A stretch of 26,259 nucleotides of DNA from a bacterium. GTDB lineage: Bacteria; Zhuqueibacterota; Zhuqueibacteria; Oceanimicrobiales; Oceanimicrobiaceae. A program made the translations under genes and the position numbers. The notes under the pieces were generated by a model. The model was not told where the DNA came from, ran no database searches, and saw nothing but the letters and a program-made list of their open reading frames with translations. Each line of letters opens with the position of its first letter. Positions within the stretch are counted from its first letter, which is position 1. Location of the stretch: positions 1 through 26,259 of the forward strand of contig JBHHXT010000054.1 in the NCBI GenBank assembly GCA_046757165.1. The letters are read 5' to 3'. Positions 11,478 through 19,580 of this stretch are shown here, piece after piece.

Positions 11478-11615
11478 AATTCTGCTACTCTTGCAATCCT
11501 AATCTGCCAGGTTGATAATGCACATCATCATTAGTCAAGTTTAGAGTCAAAAACTCTGGAGTCAGGAGGAGTGACTCGTTGACATCCAGCACGAAAAACA
11601 ACCTGGGGACACACT

Positions 11616-12320
11616 ATGCTCGATCTACCGTTTGAGACCACGCTGGTCATTGCTGTTGCAGCCGTTTCTCTCATCCTTTCCGTTTTGACCTTGCTCATCC
11701 TGCTTTTGAACCGGATTCGGCGAACTTTCATGCCAGGCCCGGCAGGGCATATCAGCATTCCGCAGCACGTGTTACGCTTTCTGGCGACCTTCCTCTGGAT
11801 CACGACATCGCTGGCGGTCTTGTTCATCGCTGCTTTCGTGCAGTCGTTTCAAAGTTTCACCAAACGGGAGCTGGTTGCAGAAGTGCAATGCCGGCCGCTT
11901 GCGGATGAGCCGAACGCCATGCTGCTCGAGCTGACCCAGGTCAGCGGTGGGGAAAGACTGGAAAAACAGGGTTTTATCCTGAAAGGCGATCAGTGGGCGC
12001 TGGAAGGCGACATCTTGAAATGGGACGACTGGCTCAATTTCGCAGGTCTGCACACGATGTACAAACTGACCCGGGTGCGCGGACGGTATGTCCACGTGAC
12101 TGACGAATTGAACGAGGCAAACAGCATATTCAGCCTGGTTGACCAGGAGGATGACCCGCGCTGGCGCTGGCTCTACAAATATGGCTACCGGTTGCGGTTC
12201 GTGGATGCGGTCTATGGCAATACGGTTTATACGTATCCGTCTGAGGATAGCGTCTACGAGGTGTTTGTGACCACCTCGGGCTACATTGTAAAAGTAAAAG
12301 AGGGCATCACGCGGCAATGA
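11616..12320 (+). CDS. Hypothetical membrane protein (two N-terminal TM helices, soluble C-terminal domain)
   Basis: 234-aa ORF with two hydrophobic helices and a conserved-looking LKGDQWALEGDILKW ... DAVYG ... YEVFVTTSG domain. Function not recognised. Confidence 0.75.
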   Translation: MLDLPFETTLVIAVAAVSLILSVLTLLILLLNRIRRTFMPGPAGHISIPQHVLRFLATFLWITTSLAVLFIAAFVQSFQSFTKRELVAEVQCRPLADEPNAMLLELTQVSGGERLEKQGFILKGDQWALEGDILKWDDWLNFAGLHTMYKLTRVRGRYVHVTDELNEANSIFSLVDQEDDPRWRWLYKYGYRLRFVDAVYGNTVYTYPSEDSVYEVFVTTSGYIVKVKEGITRQ

Positions 12321-12416
12321 GAAGCAGGGGACAGCAAGCAGAAATGGTTATCTGCTCTACTGTCCACTTTTGGCCACGAATTAACACGAATTAGGGGGCG
12401 AGTGTCGTCTGCTCTG

Positions 12417-12664
12417 CTGCCTCGTCTCAGCCGGGCTTGCCCTGGCTGGCACCTGCTTGATGCAGGGCGTTCGCTGGCTATGCCCGGCTGGTCCGCCACC
12501 TGTCTAGTGTCTCTGGCGACCGGTTTTCATCTCTTCGTACTTCTTCAGTTGTTACCGGCGTCAGGATGCTTTTGATTTTCTCCTCGATCTCTTTTCTCCG
12601 CGCGTGCCATTGCTGGCGCATTTCATCGCGGTTGTGACCCGGACTCCGGGCTACAGGGCCTTCC
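12417..12664. repeat. Direct repeat copy A (~248 bp) of 13497-13743
   Basis: Manual alignment shows 9 substitutions and one inserted base (A at 12554), about 96% identity. Confidence 0.92.
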
Positions 12665-12711
12665 AATCCAAAGAAGAATCGTGGTGAAGACGCTGCGAAT
12701 GTTTTCATCAT
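12478..12711 (-). pseudogene. Chimeric, frameshifted fragment of the Spy/CpxP-like gene 3' end
   Basis: AAGGAG RBS and ATG (12711) lead into EGPVARSPGHNRDEMRQQWHARRKEIEEKIKSILTP. A 1-bp insertion at 12554 then shifts the frame relative to the intact gene. Confidence 0.65.
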
Positions 12712-12813
12712 GATCTCCTTGCAAGAATGTGCACTTGATTTTTGAACAAGCTTTTTGTACCTTTTCATACAAATTATGCAGTCGTGATTTGCCAAATACA
12801 CACCGAGGTCCTT

Positions 12814-13041
12814 ATGCAGAGTCGCATCGAAGTCAATTCCGAAGTCTGTCACGGCAGACCGGTCATTCGCAATACCCGAATTATGGTCCGAAATATTCTA
12901 GGATCGCTTGCCGGCGGCGACTCGATCAGTGATATCCTCACGAATTACCCGGAACTGACCTATGAAGACATTGAAGCCGCCATCGCCTACGCTATTGAAT
13001 TGGTCGATGATACGCGGCTCAGTATGAAGGTCCGGGGATGA
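12814..13041 (+). CDS. DUF433 family antitoxin (VapB45-like)
   Basis: RIEVNSEVCHGRPVIRNTRIMV ... YPELTYEDIEAAIAYA is the DUF433 signature. GAGG RBS upstream of ATG 12814. Confidence 0.9.
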   Translation: MQSRIEVNSEVCHGRPVIRNTRIMVRNILGSLAGGDSISDILTNYPELTYEDIEAAIAYAIELVDDTRLSMKVRG

Positions 13042-13406
13042 TCAAGATCTTGCTCGATCAGAATATCCCGGCTCTCATTGAGCCATGGCTGCACGACGAA
13101 GTTGGTAAGGAAGCTGAAATAAGATCGACGAGAAGTCTCAGCATGCAGCGCCTGGCCGATGTCGAGATTTTTCATTTTTGTCAACAGCAGAAAATGGTCA
13201 TTATCACATATGACGAGGATTTTCAAAATCCGCTTGTTATTAAGGACATCCCGGGTTATGGTGTCGTACGGTTGAATGTCTATCCCACGGGTTTTCGCCA
13301 AACGCAGGAGGCTTTGCGACGATTGCTCGAGAGTTACCCGGTCGCAACCTGGGAAAAGGCTTCCATTGTTGTCGATCCCCACAAAATTCGCTATCAAAAG
13401 AAATAA
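13038..13406 (+). CDS. DUF5615 PIN-like toxin (VapC45-like)
   Basis: KILLDQNIP, ADVEIF, VIITYDEDF, GVVRL and DPHKIR motifs. ATGA overlap with the DUF433 gene. Confidence 0.88.
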   Translation: MIKILLDQNIPALIEPWLHDEVGKEAEIRSTRSLSMQRLADVEIFHFCQQQKMVIITYDEDFQNPLVIKDIPGYGVVRLNVYPTGFRQTQEALRRLLESYPVATWEKASIVVDPHKIRYQKK

Positions 13407-13496
13407 GTAGCAAGTTCACCAAAACCAATAGCAACCCTTCCCCCTTTTCCAAACTCGACATCGCCACCGGGTGTATCTGCTCGACTGCCCGCCCTT

Positions 13497-13743
13497 CTGC
13501 CTCGTCTCAGCCGGGCTTGCCCTGGCTGGCACCTGCTTGATGCAGGGCGTTCGCTGGCTCTGCCCGGCTGATCCGCCACCTGTCTAGTGTCTCTGGCGAC
13601 CGGCTTTCATCTCTTCGTACTTCTGCAGTTGTTCCGGCGTCAGGATGCTCTTGATTTTTTCCTCGATCTCTTTTCTCTGCGCGTGCCGTTGCTGGCGCAT
13701 TTCATCCCGGTTGTGACCCGGACTCCGGGCTACAGGGCCTTCC
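13497..13743. repeat. Direct repeat copy B (intact 3' end of the Spy-like gene plus downstream DNA)
   Basis: See copy A at 12417-12664. Confidence 0.92.
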
Positions 13744-14573
13744 CCAATTGGCGGCGTGAACTGTGTAAGAATCTCCTCGAGCTGCGCTTGCTGCCCGGCG
13801 TCCAGGTCGAGTTGGTCGGTCAGGTGCGCCAGGCGGCGTTGTATGCGGTCGTGTGCGTGGGCCTGAAAGCGTTCCTTCATTTTCTGCTGGTGTTCAGAAA
13901 TCATCTCCTGAAAGATTTCCTGCTGCTCCGGAGTCAGAATGTTCAGCATCTGGTCATGTGCATTCTGCATGATATCGCGATGCTTGGCTCTGCGTTCGCG
14001 TGCGCTGTCGGTGCTGTTGTGCAAGTCCAGGAGCTTTTGGGCCGTTTGCAAAGCTCTGATTTGCTCCTGCTGCTCTGCCGTCAAATCGAGCTTTTCAGTC
14101 AGGTGCTCGATGTGTTTGTCCACGAACTCCTGCGGCACTTCACCGCGATCCAATTGTGCCTTCATTGCCTCTGCCCTGGTGCGCTGTTCAGGCGTGAGGA
14201 TGGCCAGCACCTCTTTGTAAACCTTTTCCCGCATTTCCTGTCGTTTGGCTTTGAGACCGGCGAATGAGTCTGCGTCCATGCGACCGCGACGCCGGTGGCC
14301 GAATTCAGGCCGGTTTTGTTCGATGATCGCTTTGACTTGCTCCTGCTGCTCCGCGGACAGATCCAGCACATCCGTCAACATGCGCACGCCGTGCAAGCGA
14401 GGGCCGGGATGACCTGCAAAGGCGGGGGGAGGGATTTCCGGGGCCCCCAGCCCAAGACTCAGCGCAGGGTACTCAGCGCCGACAGGAGTTTTCTCGCTAC
14501 CCGCACAGGCAAGCAGCATGGGAATGACAAAGATTGAGAAGATTGTATAACGCAATGAGCTTAGTCGTTTCAT
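13584..14573 (-). CDS. Spy/CpxP-like multi-LTxxQ periplasmic lipoprotein
   Basis: Lipobox MLLAC, followed by three repeated modules (LDLSAEQ..ILTPEQ, LDLTAEQ..ILTPEQ, LDLDAGQ..ILTPEQ). Confidence 0.8.
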   Translation of the reverse strand: MKRLSSLRYTIFSIFVIPMLLACAGSEKTPVGAEYPALSLGLGAPEIPPPAFAGHPGPRLHGVRMLTDVLDLSAEQQEQVKAIIEQNRPEFGHRRRGRMDADSFAGLKAKRQEMREKVYKEVLAILTPEQRTRAEAMKAQLDRGEVPQEFVDKHIEHLTEKLDLTAEQQEQIRALQTAQKLLDLHNSTDSARERRAKHRDIMQNAHDQMLNILTPEQQEIFQEMISEHQQKMKERFQAHAHDRIQRRLAHLTDQLDLDAGQQAQLEEILTQFTPPIGEGPVARSPGHNRDEMRQQRHAQRKEIEEKIKSILTPEQLQKYEEMKAGRQRH

Positions 14574-14680
14574 GTTCGCCTCACTTTTTTGACGGTTTGA
14601 AGAATTGCCCCGGATTGAGGCCAGCCAGAGCTGAGGCCTGGCTGGCCCCGAATTCGCGAGCTCTTGATTTCATTCTACCG

Positions 14681-14711
14681 GTTAGACACCGGAGGCGGGG
14701 GTGTTATTCCC
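14681..14711 (-). promoter_or_regulatory. Putative ECF sigma promoter for the Spy-like lipoprotein gene
   Basis: Minus strand GGGAATA-N17-GTCTAAC, with boxes and spacing identical to 16378-16408. Confidence 0.72.
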
Positions 14712-15393
14712 GTTCCCTTCCAGGATCAGGAAAATCGTGATTCGGCGGGGGTCCGGGGAATGGCGGTGGGAAGCGTCCAGGGAAAGGTCGGGGTTGGTGC
14801 TGCATAAGCTCCCGGTATTTTTCGCGCTGCTCAGGCGTGAGAACCGCTTCGATCTCGGCACGCATCTTTTCGAAGCGAGCGCGCATCCCGCGTCTGTGTC
14901 TACGGCGTGCATCGGGTGAAATGCGGGGCGGTTGGAAAGAGGCGGACATGTTGTGCATGATCTCCTTGATTTGCGCCGCCTGGCTTTCACTCAATTCGAG
15001 CGCCCGGGATAGCCGGTGCACGCGTTCCTCGATAGCCATCCTGGGGGCTTTCTCGAGGTGCGCTTCCAGGCGTGCAAGCTGGTCAGCGCTGAGAACCGAG
15101 GCCAGGTCATTGCGCAGGGAGTCATGAATAGCAAAAATCTCGTCTTCAAATTTTTCCCGCAGATCCGCAATCTGCTCGAAGCGTCGTTGCACGGCTTGCT
15201 CGAGGGCCGCCCGCTGCTCTTCCGTCGGTTCGATGATCCGTTCCAGCACATGACGAAAGCGCTCCTGCCGCGGCATATGGCGAAAACGGGCCATACGTTC
15301 ATGACGAATCGCACCGGAGGAGAGGGCGCCGAGGACGATGCCCAGCACCAGCGTCCCGAAAAGCACCAGAAGCGACTTGGATTTCGTACTCAT
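14704..15393 (-). CDS. Membrane-anchored or secreted LTxxQ (Spy/CpxP/heavy-metal-sensor-like) protein
   Basis: N-terminal hydrophobic helix, PTEEQ..VLSADQ and LSESQ..VLTPEQ modules, and a Pro-rich tail. Translationally coupled to the upstream gene (TGATG). Confidence 0.78.
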   Translation of the reverse strand: MSTKSKSLLVLFGTLVLGIVLGALSSGAIRHERMARFRHMPRQERFRHVLERIIEPTEEQRAALEQAVQRRFEQIADLREKFEDEIFAIHDSLRNDLASVLSADQLARLEAHLEKAPRMAIEERVHRLSRALELSESQAAQIKEIMHNMSASFQPPRISPDARRRHRRGMRARFEKMRAEIEAVLTPEQREKYRELMQHQPRPFPGRFPPPFPGPPPNHDFPDPGRERE

Positions 15394-15809
15394 CAGCTTC
15401 CCTCCTCGAGTGTGTCCAACGCCCAGGTCTGCTCGAGCGTGGGTTGAGGCAGAGCCAGAATGGAATCGATGGATAGGCTTTTGGCCTCCAGCAGATTGTT
15501 GGCCAGCAGCATGACCAGTAGGGTGCCTGCTGACACCGCAACCAGCCGGAAGGACCAGACGAGCGCGGCCCAGAAGTCCTCCACCTCCTGGCTTGCCGCC
15601 TGGATGTGATGCACGACTCGCGCTGAGAAAAAGGGCTTGAACGAGCGCACGGCCTGTGATTGCACCAGCCGCCGCATCTGGTGAAGCCGTTTCTGCTCCT
15701 CTCGCAGCTCCGGCGAAGACGCCAGGGCGTTGAGCAGCTCTTCCTGTTCTGTTCGAGACAATTCTTCATCGACAGAACGGTAGAGCAACAGCAAAGTTCT
15801 TTCGTTCAT
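15393..15809 (-). CDS. Putative transmembrane anti-sigma factor
   Basis: Overlaps the sigma stop (ATGA). Has a ZAS-like N-terminus (YRSVDEELSRTEQEELLNALASSPELREE), then PFFSARV and one TM helix. Confidence 0.75.
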   Translation of the reverse strand: MNERTLLLLYRSVDEELSRTEQEELLNALASSPELREEQKRLHQMRRLVQSQAVRSFKPFFSARVVHHIQAASQEVEDFWAALVWSFRLVAVSAGTLLVMLLANNLLEAKSLSIDSILALPQPTLEQTWALDTLEEGS

Positions 15810-16369
15810 ATTTCCTCCTGCACGTAGGGCATAAGATAGACTTTCAGCTTCTGTTGTGCGCGGGACAAACGCGACAAAACCGTCCCCAGGGGAATGTTCA
15901 AAATCTTTGCGGTCTCTTCGGTTGAGTAGCCTTCGATGAGCCGCAAGACAATGACGGCGCGGAACTCCGGCGCCAGCTTTTGAATGGCCTGATGCACGAG
16001 CCTCTGGGTTTCATTTGCATAGCGGGCCTCATCGGGGTGCGAGGCGGGCTCAGACACTTCGTTGTTGTCGCTGCTCCGGAAGAAAAAGCGCCACCGCTTT
16101 CTTTTTCTCAACTCGTTGAGACTCGAGTTGATGGCAATGCGCGTGAGATAGGTACCTAATGCAGAATCTTCTCTAAAGCTTTGCATGTATTTGTAGAAGC
16201 GGATGAAGACCTCCTGGCCCACATCCTCTGCTGCCTGGCAGGGGCCCAGCATGCCGATCACAGTGGCGGCCACCTGCGGCTCGTACTTCTTGACCAGGTG
16301 CTCGAAAGCTGCCATGTCACCGGCTTTTGCCCGCCGCAGGTGCTCGTCGTCTGTCGCTTCCTTTTTCAT
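15806..16369 (-). CDS. ECF RNA polymerase sigma factor
   Basis: Region 2 AEDVGQEVFIR..TYLTRIAIN and region 4 LRLIEGYSTEETAKILNIPLGTVLSRLSRA. Confidence 0.93.
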   Translation of the reverse strand: MKKEATDDEHLRRAKAGDMAAFEHLVKKYEPQVAATVIGMLGPCQAAEDVGQEVFIRFYKYMQSFREDSALGTYLTRIAINSSLNELRKRKRWRFFFRSSDNNEVSEPASHPDEARYANETQRLVHQAIQKLAPEFRAVIVLRLIEGYSTEETAKILNIPLGTVLSRLSRAQQKLKVYLMPYVQEEI

Positions 16370-16377
16370 GGTCTTTT

Positions 16378-16408
16378 GTTAGACCTGCCGGGTGGCCGTT
16401 CTATTCCC
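16378..16408 (-). promoter_or_regulatory. Putative autoregulatory ECF promoter
   Basis: Minus strand GGGAATA-N17-GTCTAAC, ending 8 nt before the sigma ATG. Confidence 0.72.
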
Positions 16409-16545
16409 TGATGGAGCAAGAATGCCATTCTGCCAAGCTCGTGTTCGTCACCCCCGGTGAGAACTTCGAATCCGTTTTATCACAATCGAGTTGGCCGTCA
16501 ACTCCAAAGGCGGCATGCATTTTCGCTTGCATTGGATTGGCTTGG

Positions 16546-16629
16546 ATGAAACGCCTCGAGCAATTCCATGCCGCAGGCAGCATCTTCGTAGACGCAAACA
16601 TATTTCTAATCAAGACAGTTTATTCCTGA
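16546..16629 (+). pseudogene. Possible N-terminal remnant of a PIN-domain (VapC-like) gene
   Basis: MKRLEQFHAAGSIFVDANIFLIKTVYS* contains IFVDANIF, the typical first PIN strand, but ends after 27 aa. Confidence 0.4.
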
Positions 16630-16636
16630 ACCCGCC

Positions 16637-17971
16637 TCACGAGAAAAACCGCTCCACGTGTTCTTTAACCTGCTCCAGCTCGGGCGGAATTTCAACGGGA
16701 AGGTTGGCAAAATGCGACGCGACGCCCTCCAGCCGGTTTTCATGGTACTTGATTTTGAAGTCGGCAAATTTTAGCCCATGTGCCGTTGAGATGATGACCA
16801 CTTGCGCGTTCGAATCGATTTCTCCTTTTTCGACCAGTTTGAGAAACCCTGCCAGGGCCACGCCTGTTTGCGGGCAGACGAACAGGCCATGTTTGTCGGC
16901 TTGCGCAGCGGCGTTGGCGAGCTCTTCTTCGCTCGCCTGTTCAACCAGTCCATGGCAGTGTTTCAACACGCGAATGGCTTTGTTGATGCTCACCGGATTT
17001 CCGATTTGAATCGCGCTTGCCAGGGTGGTTTGCGCTTTTCCGGGCTCGAACTCAGCAAATCCTTTCTTGAAGCTTTCATAGAGCGGGTTGGCCCGCTCTG
17101 CCTGGGCGCAGACGAGCCGGGGCAGCCGGTCGATCAGTCCGACGGCGTGCATTTCGAGCAACCCTTTGCCGAGCGCCGAGATGTTGCCCAGGTTGCCGCC
17201 GGGTACGATAATCCAGTCTGGCACCTGCCAGCCCAACTGCTGCACGATTTCCATGCCGACGGTTTTCTGGCCTTCCACCCGCAAGGAGTTCATCGAATTC
17301 GCCAGATAGATTTCTCTATATTCGGTGAGCTGCTCGATGAGCCTCATGCACCCGTCAAAATCGGTGTCCAGGGCCAGGGTCAGCGTGCCGTTTGCGATAG
17401 GCTGAATGAGCTGCGCCGTGGAGATTTTCCCCTTCGGGAGCAGAACCAGCGCAGGAATGCCGGCTGCTGCGCAGTAGGCGGACAGGGCTGCAGAGGTGTC
17501 GCCTGTGGAGGCGCAAGCCACTGCCTTGATCTCTTGCCCTTCTGCGATCATTTGTTTGACCATCGAAACCAGGACGGTCATGCCCAGATCTTTGAACGAG
17601 CCGGTGTGGCTGTTGCCGCACAGTTTGACCCGGAGCTGCGCGACCCCTGCTGCGCGGGCAAAGCGCTTCATTTCGAACAGGGGCGTTCGCCCTTCCCCGA
17701 TGGTCACGATGTTTTCTGGCGCCAGGGCGGGACAGACCCATTCTTTCTTGCTCCAGATGCCGCTGGCGGACGGGCCGGTCAGGTCCTGACAGCGGGACGC
17801 AAAGAGCGTCTTCCACTCTTCCGCTGGGGTTGCGCGCAAGGCTTCGAGATCATGCCTGACCTCCAGAAGATCGCCACACTTGGGGCAGCGATAGATGATC
17901 TGGTTCAAGGGGAATGTTTCGTCGCAGCCAGCGCTGCACTGGAACCACGCTTTGAAGGTGTTCGTTTCCAT
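16637..17971 (-). CDS. thrC: Threonine synthase
   Basis: HTGSFKDLG (PLP lysine), [30 protein letters not shown] and STAHGLKF. N-terminal CxxxC..CPKC. Confidence 0.93.
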   Translation of the reverse strand: METNTFKAWFQCSAGCDETFPLNQIIYRCPKCGDLLEVRHDLEALRATPAEEWKTLFASRCQDLTGPSASGIWSKKEWVCPALAPENIVTIGEGRTPLFEMKRFARAAGVAQLRVKLCGNSHTGSFKDLGMTVLVSMVKQMIAEGQEIKAVACASTGDTSAALSAYCAAAGIPALVLLPKGKISTAQLIQPIANGTLTLALDTDFDGCMRLIEQLTEYREIYLANSMNSLRVEGQKTVGMEIVQQLGWQVPDWIIVPGGNLGNISALGKGLLEMHAVGLIDRLPRLVCAQAERANPLYESFKKGFAEFEPGKAQTTLASAIQIGNPVSINKAIRVLKHCHGLVEQASEEELANAAAQADKHGLFVCPQTGVALAGFLKLVEKGEIDSNAQVVIISTAHGLKFADFKIKYHENRLEGVASHFANLPVEIPPELEQVKEHVERFFS

Positions 17972-19080
17972 TTCTTCTGCTTAAATCCAAGATAGATTCT
18001 TAACGCTTTCGTGAACGTCGTGATAAGCGGATGCCACTGCCTGGCATAAAAGAAGGTTGCAATGCGTCTGTTTCGATTCAGGAGTTTTCCAAGCCGGTTT
18101 TTCAGAATCAATTGCGTGTAGTGCTCGAAGTTAAAGTCTTTGTTGGCGAAGGCGTGCTCTATGGCCCGGGCGGCGACCGGACCGTAGGCGAGCGCCATGG
18201 AGATCCCTTCTCCGAGCCACGGCTCGATGCCGGCAGCATCGCCGACCAGCAGGACATTTGGCGCCGCATATTTGCCCTCGGGAGCAAACCAGCGCTCCGG
18301 GTGTCCATCCAACCCGGTCGGGTCACTGGCAAAACCGCGGTCGCGAAGTTTGTCCGTCAGAAGCTTGCGCAGGTTCGCACGCTTGCGGGGATCCAGGCGG
18401 CTATCGAAAGCACCGACATTGAGAGTGGCCTTGCCCTTGATCAGGCTGGGGAACTCCCACAAGTATCCTTGCAGGTTGTCGCTTCTCAGAGCGCGGAAAT
18501 CAAACACCGCCATGTTTTCCTGGAATTCGGCGGTCTGCTCCGGATCGACGGGAATGGCGATTTCCATCAGCCGTGCAACGCGCGACGGACTTTCCCTCAC
18601 CAGCGTGCGACGGACCAGGCTGTTGGCGCCGTCCGCGCCAACAACGACTTCGGCCTCGTAGGTTTGCCTGTTCGTTCGCAGAACCAGTCGATTGTTTTGT
18701 CGCCGGATCTCTTGCAGCGGTTCGTTTTCGTGAATTTCGATGCCGGCTTGTTTCGCATGCTGCACAAGAGCGGCATCGAACTCATCCCGGCGTACGATGC
18801 GCATCAAGTTTTCTTTGGCAAAATCGATCGGTTTGTCCGTTAGAAAAAACCGTACTTTGTGAATGGGGTAAGTGGCGGCGTTTGGTTTGATTTCAAGGAA
18901 ATCGAGTATCGAGTCGGCCAGGGCGGTGACGCCACCGCCGCACAGTTTTTGCCTGGGATGGGTCGCCTTTTCCAGAACCAGAACGCCGCCGGCAAGGGCC
19001 GGCGCCAATTTTGACAGACTCAGCGCAGCCGAGATACCGGCTGGCCCCGAGCCAATGATGATGATGTCTCGCTTTTCCAT
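17905..19080 (-). CDS. FAD-dependent oxidoreductase, geranylgeranyl reductase family
   Basis: [35 protein letters not shown] and [13 protein letters not shown]. Confidence 0.88.
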   Translation of the reverse strand: MEKRDIIIIGSGPAGISAALSLSKLAPALAGGVLVLEKATHPRQKLCGGGVTALADSILDFLEIKPNAATYPIHKVRFFLTDKPIDFAKENLMRIVRRDEFDAALVQHAKQAGIEIHENEPLQEIRRQNNRLVLRTNRQTYEAEVVVGADGANSLVRRTLVRESPSRVARLMEIAIPVDPEQTAEFQENMAVFDFRALRSDNLQGYLWEFPSLIKGKATLNVGAFDSRLDPRKRANLRKLLTDKLRDRGFASDPTGLDGHPERWFAPEGKYAAPNVLLVGDAAGIEPWLGEGISMALAYGPVAARAIEHAFANKDFNFEHYTQLILKNRLGKLLNRNRRIATFFYARQWHPLITTFTKALRIYLGFKQKKWKRTPSKRGSSAALAATKHSP

Positions 19081-19086
19081 TTGCGA

Positions 19087-19115
19087 AATATGCGCAAAAA
19101 TGGTGTCTTAGTCAA
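19087..19115 (-). promoter_or_regulatory. Possible sigma70-type promoter for the flavoprotein-thrC pair
   Basis: Minus strand TTGACT-N17-CATATT, 6 nt before the ATG, which would give a leaderless transcript. Confidence 0.4.
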
Positions 19116-19153
19116 CTGCCAAATTGAACATGCCGGGCAATGAGCCTGGTCTA

Positions 19154-19473
19154 CCTGAATAATTCATTCACCGCAAAGGCGCGAAGAACGCGAACAGGAA
19201 GCTGTATACCTGTCATTTGTTTTTCTAGCCTGGATTATTCACAAGAGATTAGCAAATATTCCTTAATCGCTTGATTATGCAATAACTTAACGGGATAAAG
19301 AGGAGTGCAACGCTTTAGCGTTGCATGAAATGCTAAGGCATTTCACTCCTTACGTGTTGGCCCTCGGGTGAGAAATTCATGAATTATCCAGCCTAGTGAA
19401 TTGCACGATTTTGTATGTTTTTGCTTCTAAAGAACTTGATCTTTCGGTTTCACAGATTCATGAAGTATTCAGG
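19154..19473. mobile_element. Outer MITE-like element
   Basis: CCTGAATAATTCAT (19154-19167) and ATGAAGTATTCAGG (19460-19473) are inverted (13/14). CTA lies immediately outside both ends. Confidence 0.65.
19229..19392. mobile_element. Inner nested MITE-like element with CTAG flanks
   Basis: CTAG|CCTGGATTATTCA ... TGAATTATCCAGC|CTAG. Contains the REP-like AGGAGTGCAACGCTTTAGCGTTGCA..CATTTCACTCCT (19301-19350). Confidence 0.68.
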
Positions 19474-19580
19474 CTAAGTAGGGCTCAGTAACTTCTTTTT
19501 AGTACGAATTCTCCAGGCGAATAAAGGTTAAATTCGTTTTGACGATCTTATGGAGCAATCAAGGTTAACAGGATAAAGCG

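Noticed and set aside
12417..13743. Direct repeat as a diversity-generating retroelement template/variable pair
   Set aside because: Mismatches are not adenine-specific on either strand (only 3 of 9 are A in copy A on the coding strand), the repeat includes non-coding DNA, and there is no reverse transcriptase in the window.
16802..17995. 397-aa plus-strand ORF (likewise 3469-4326, 18031-18843 and 19635-20711)
   Set aside because: Antisense to well-supported genes; expected from GC-rich codon bias.
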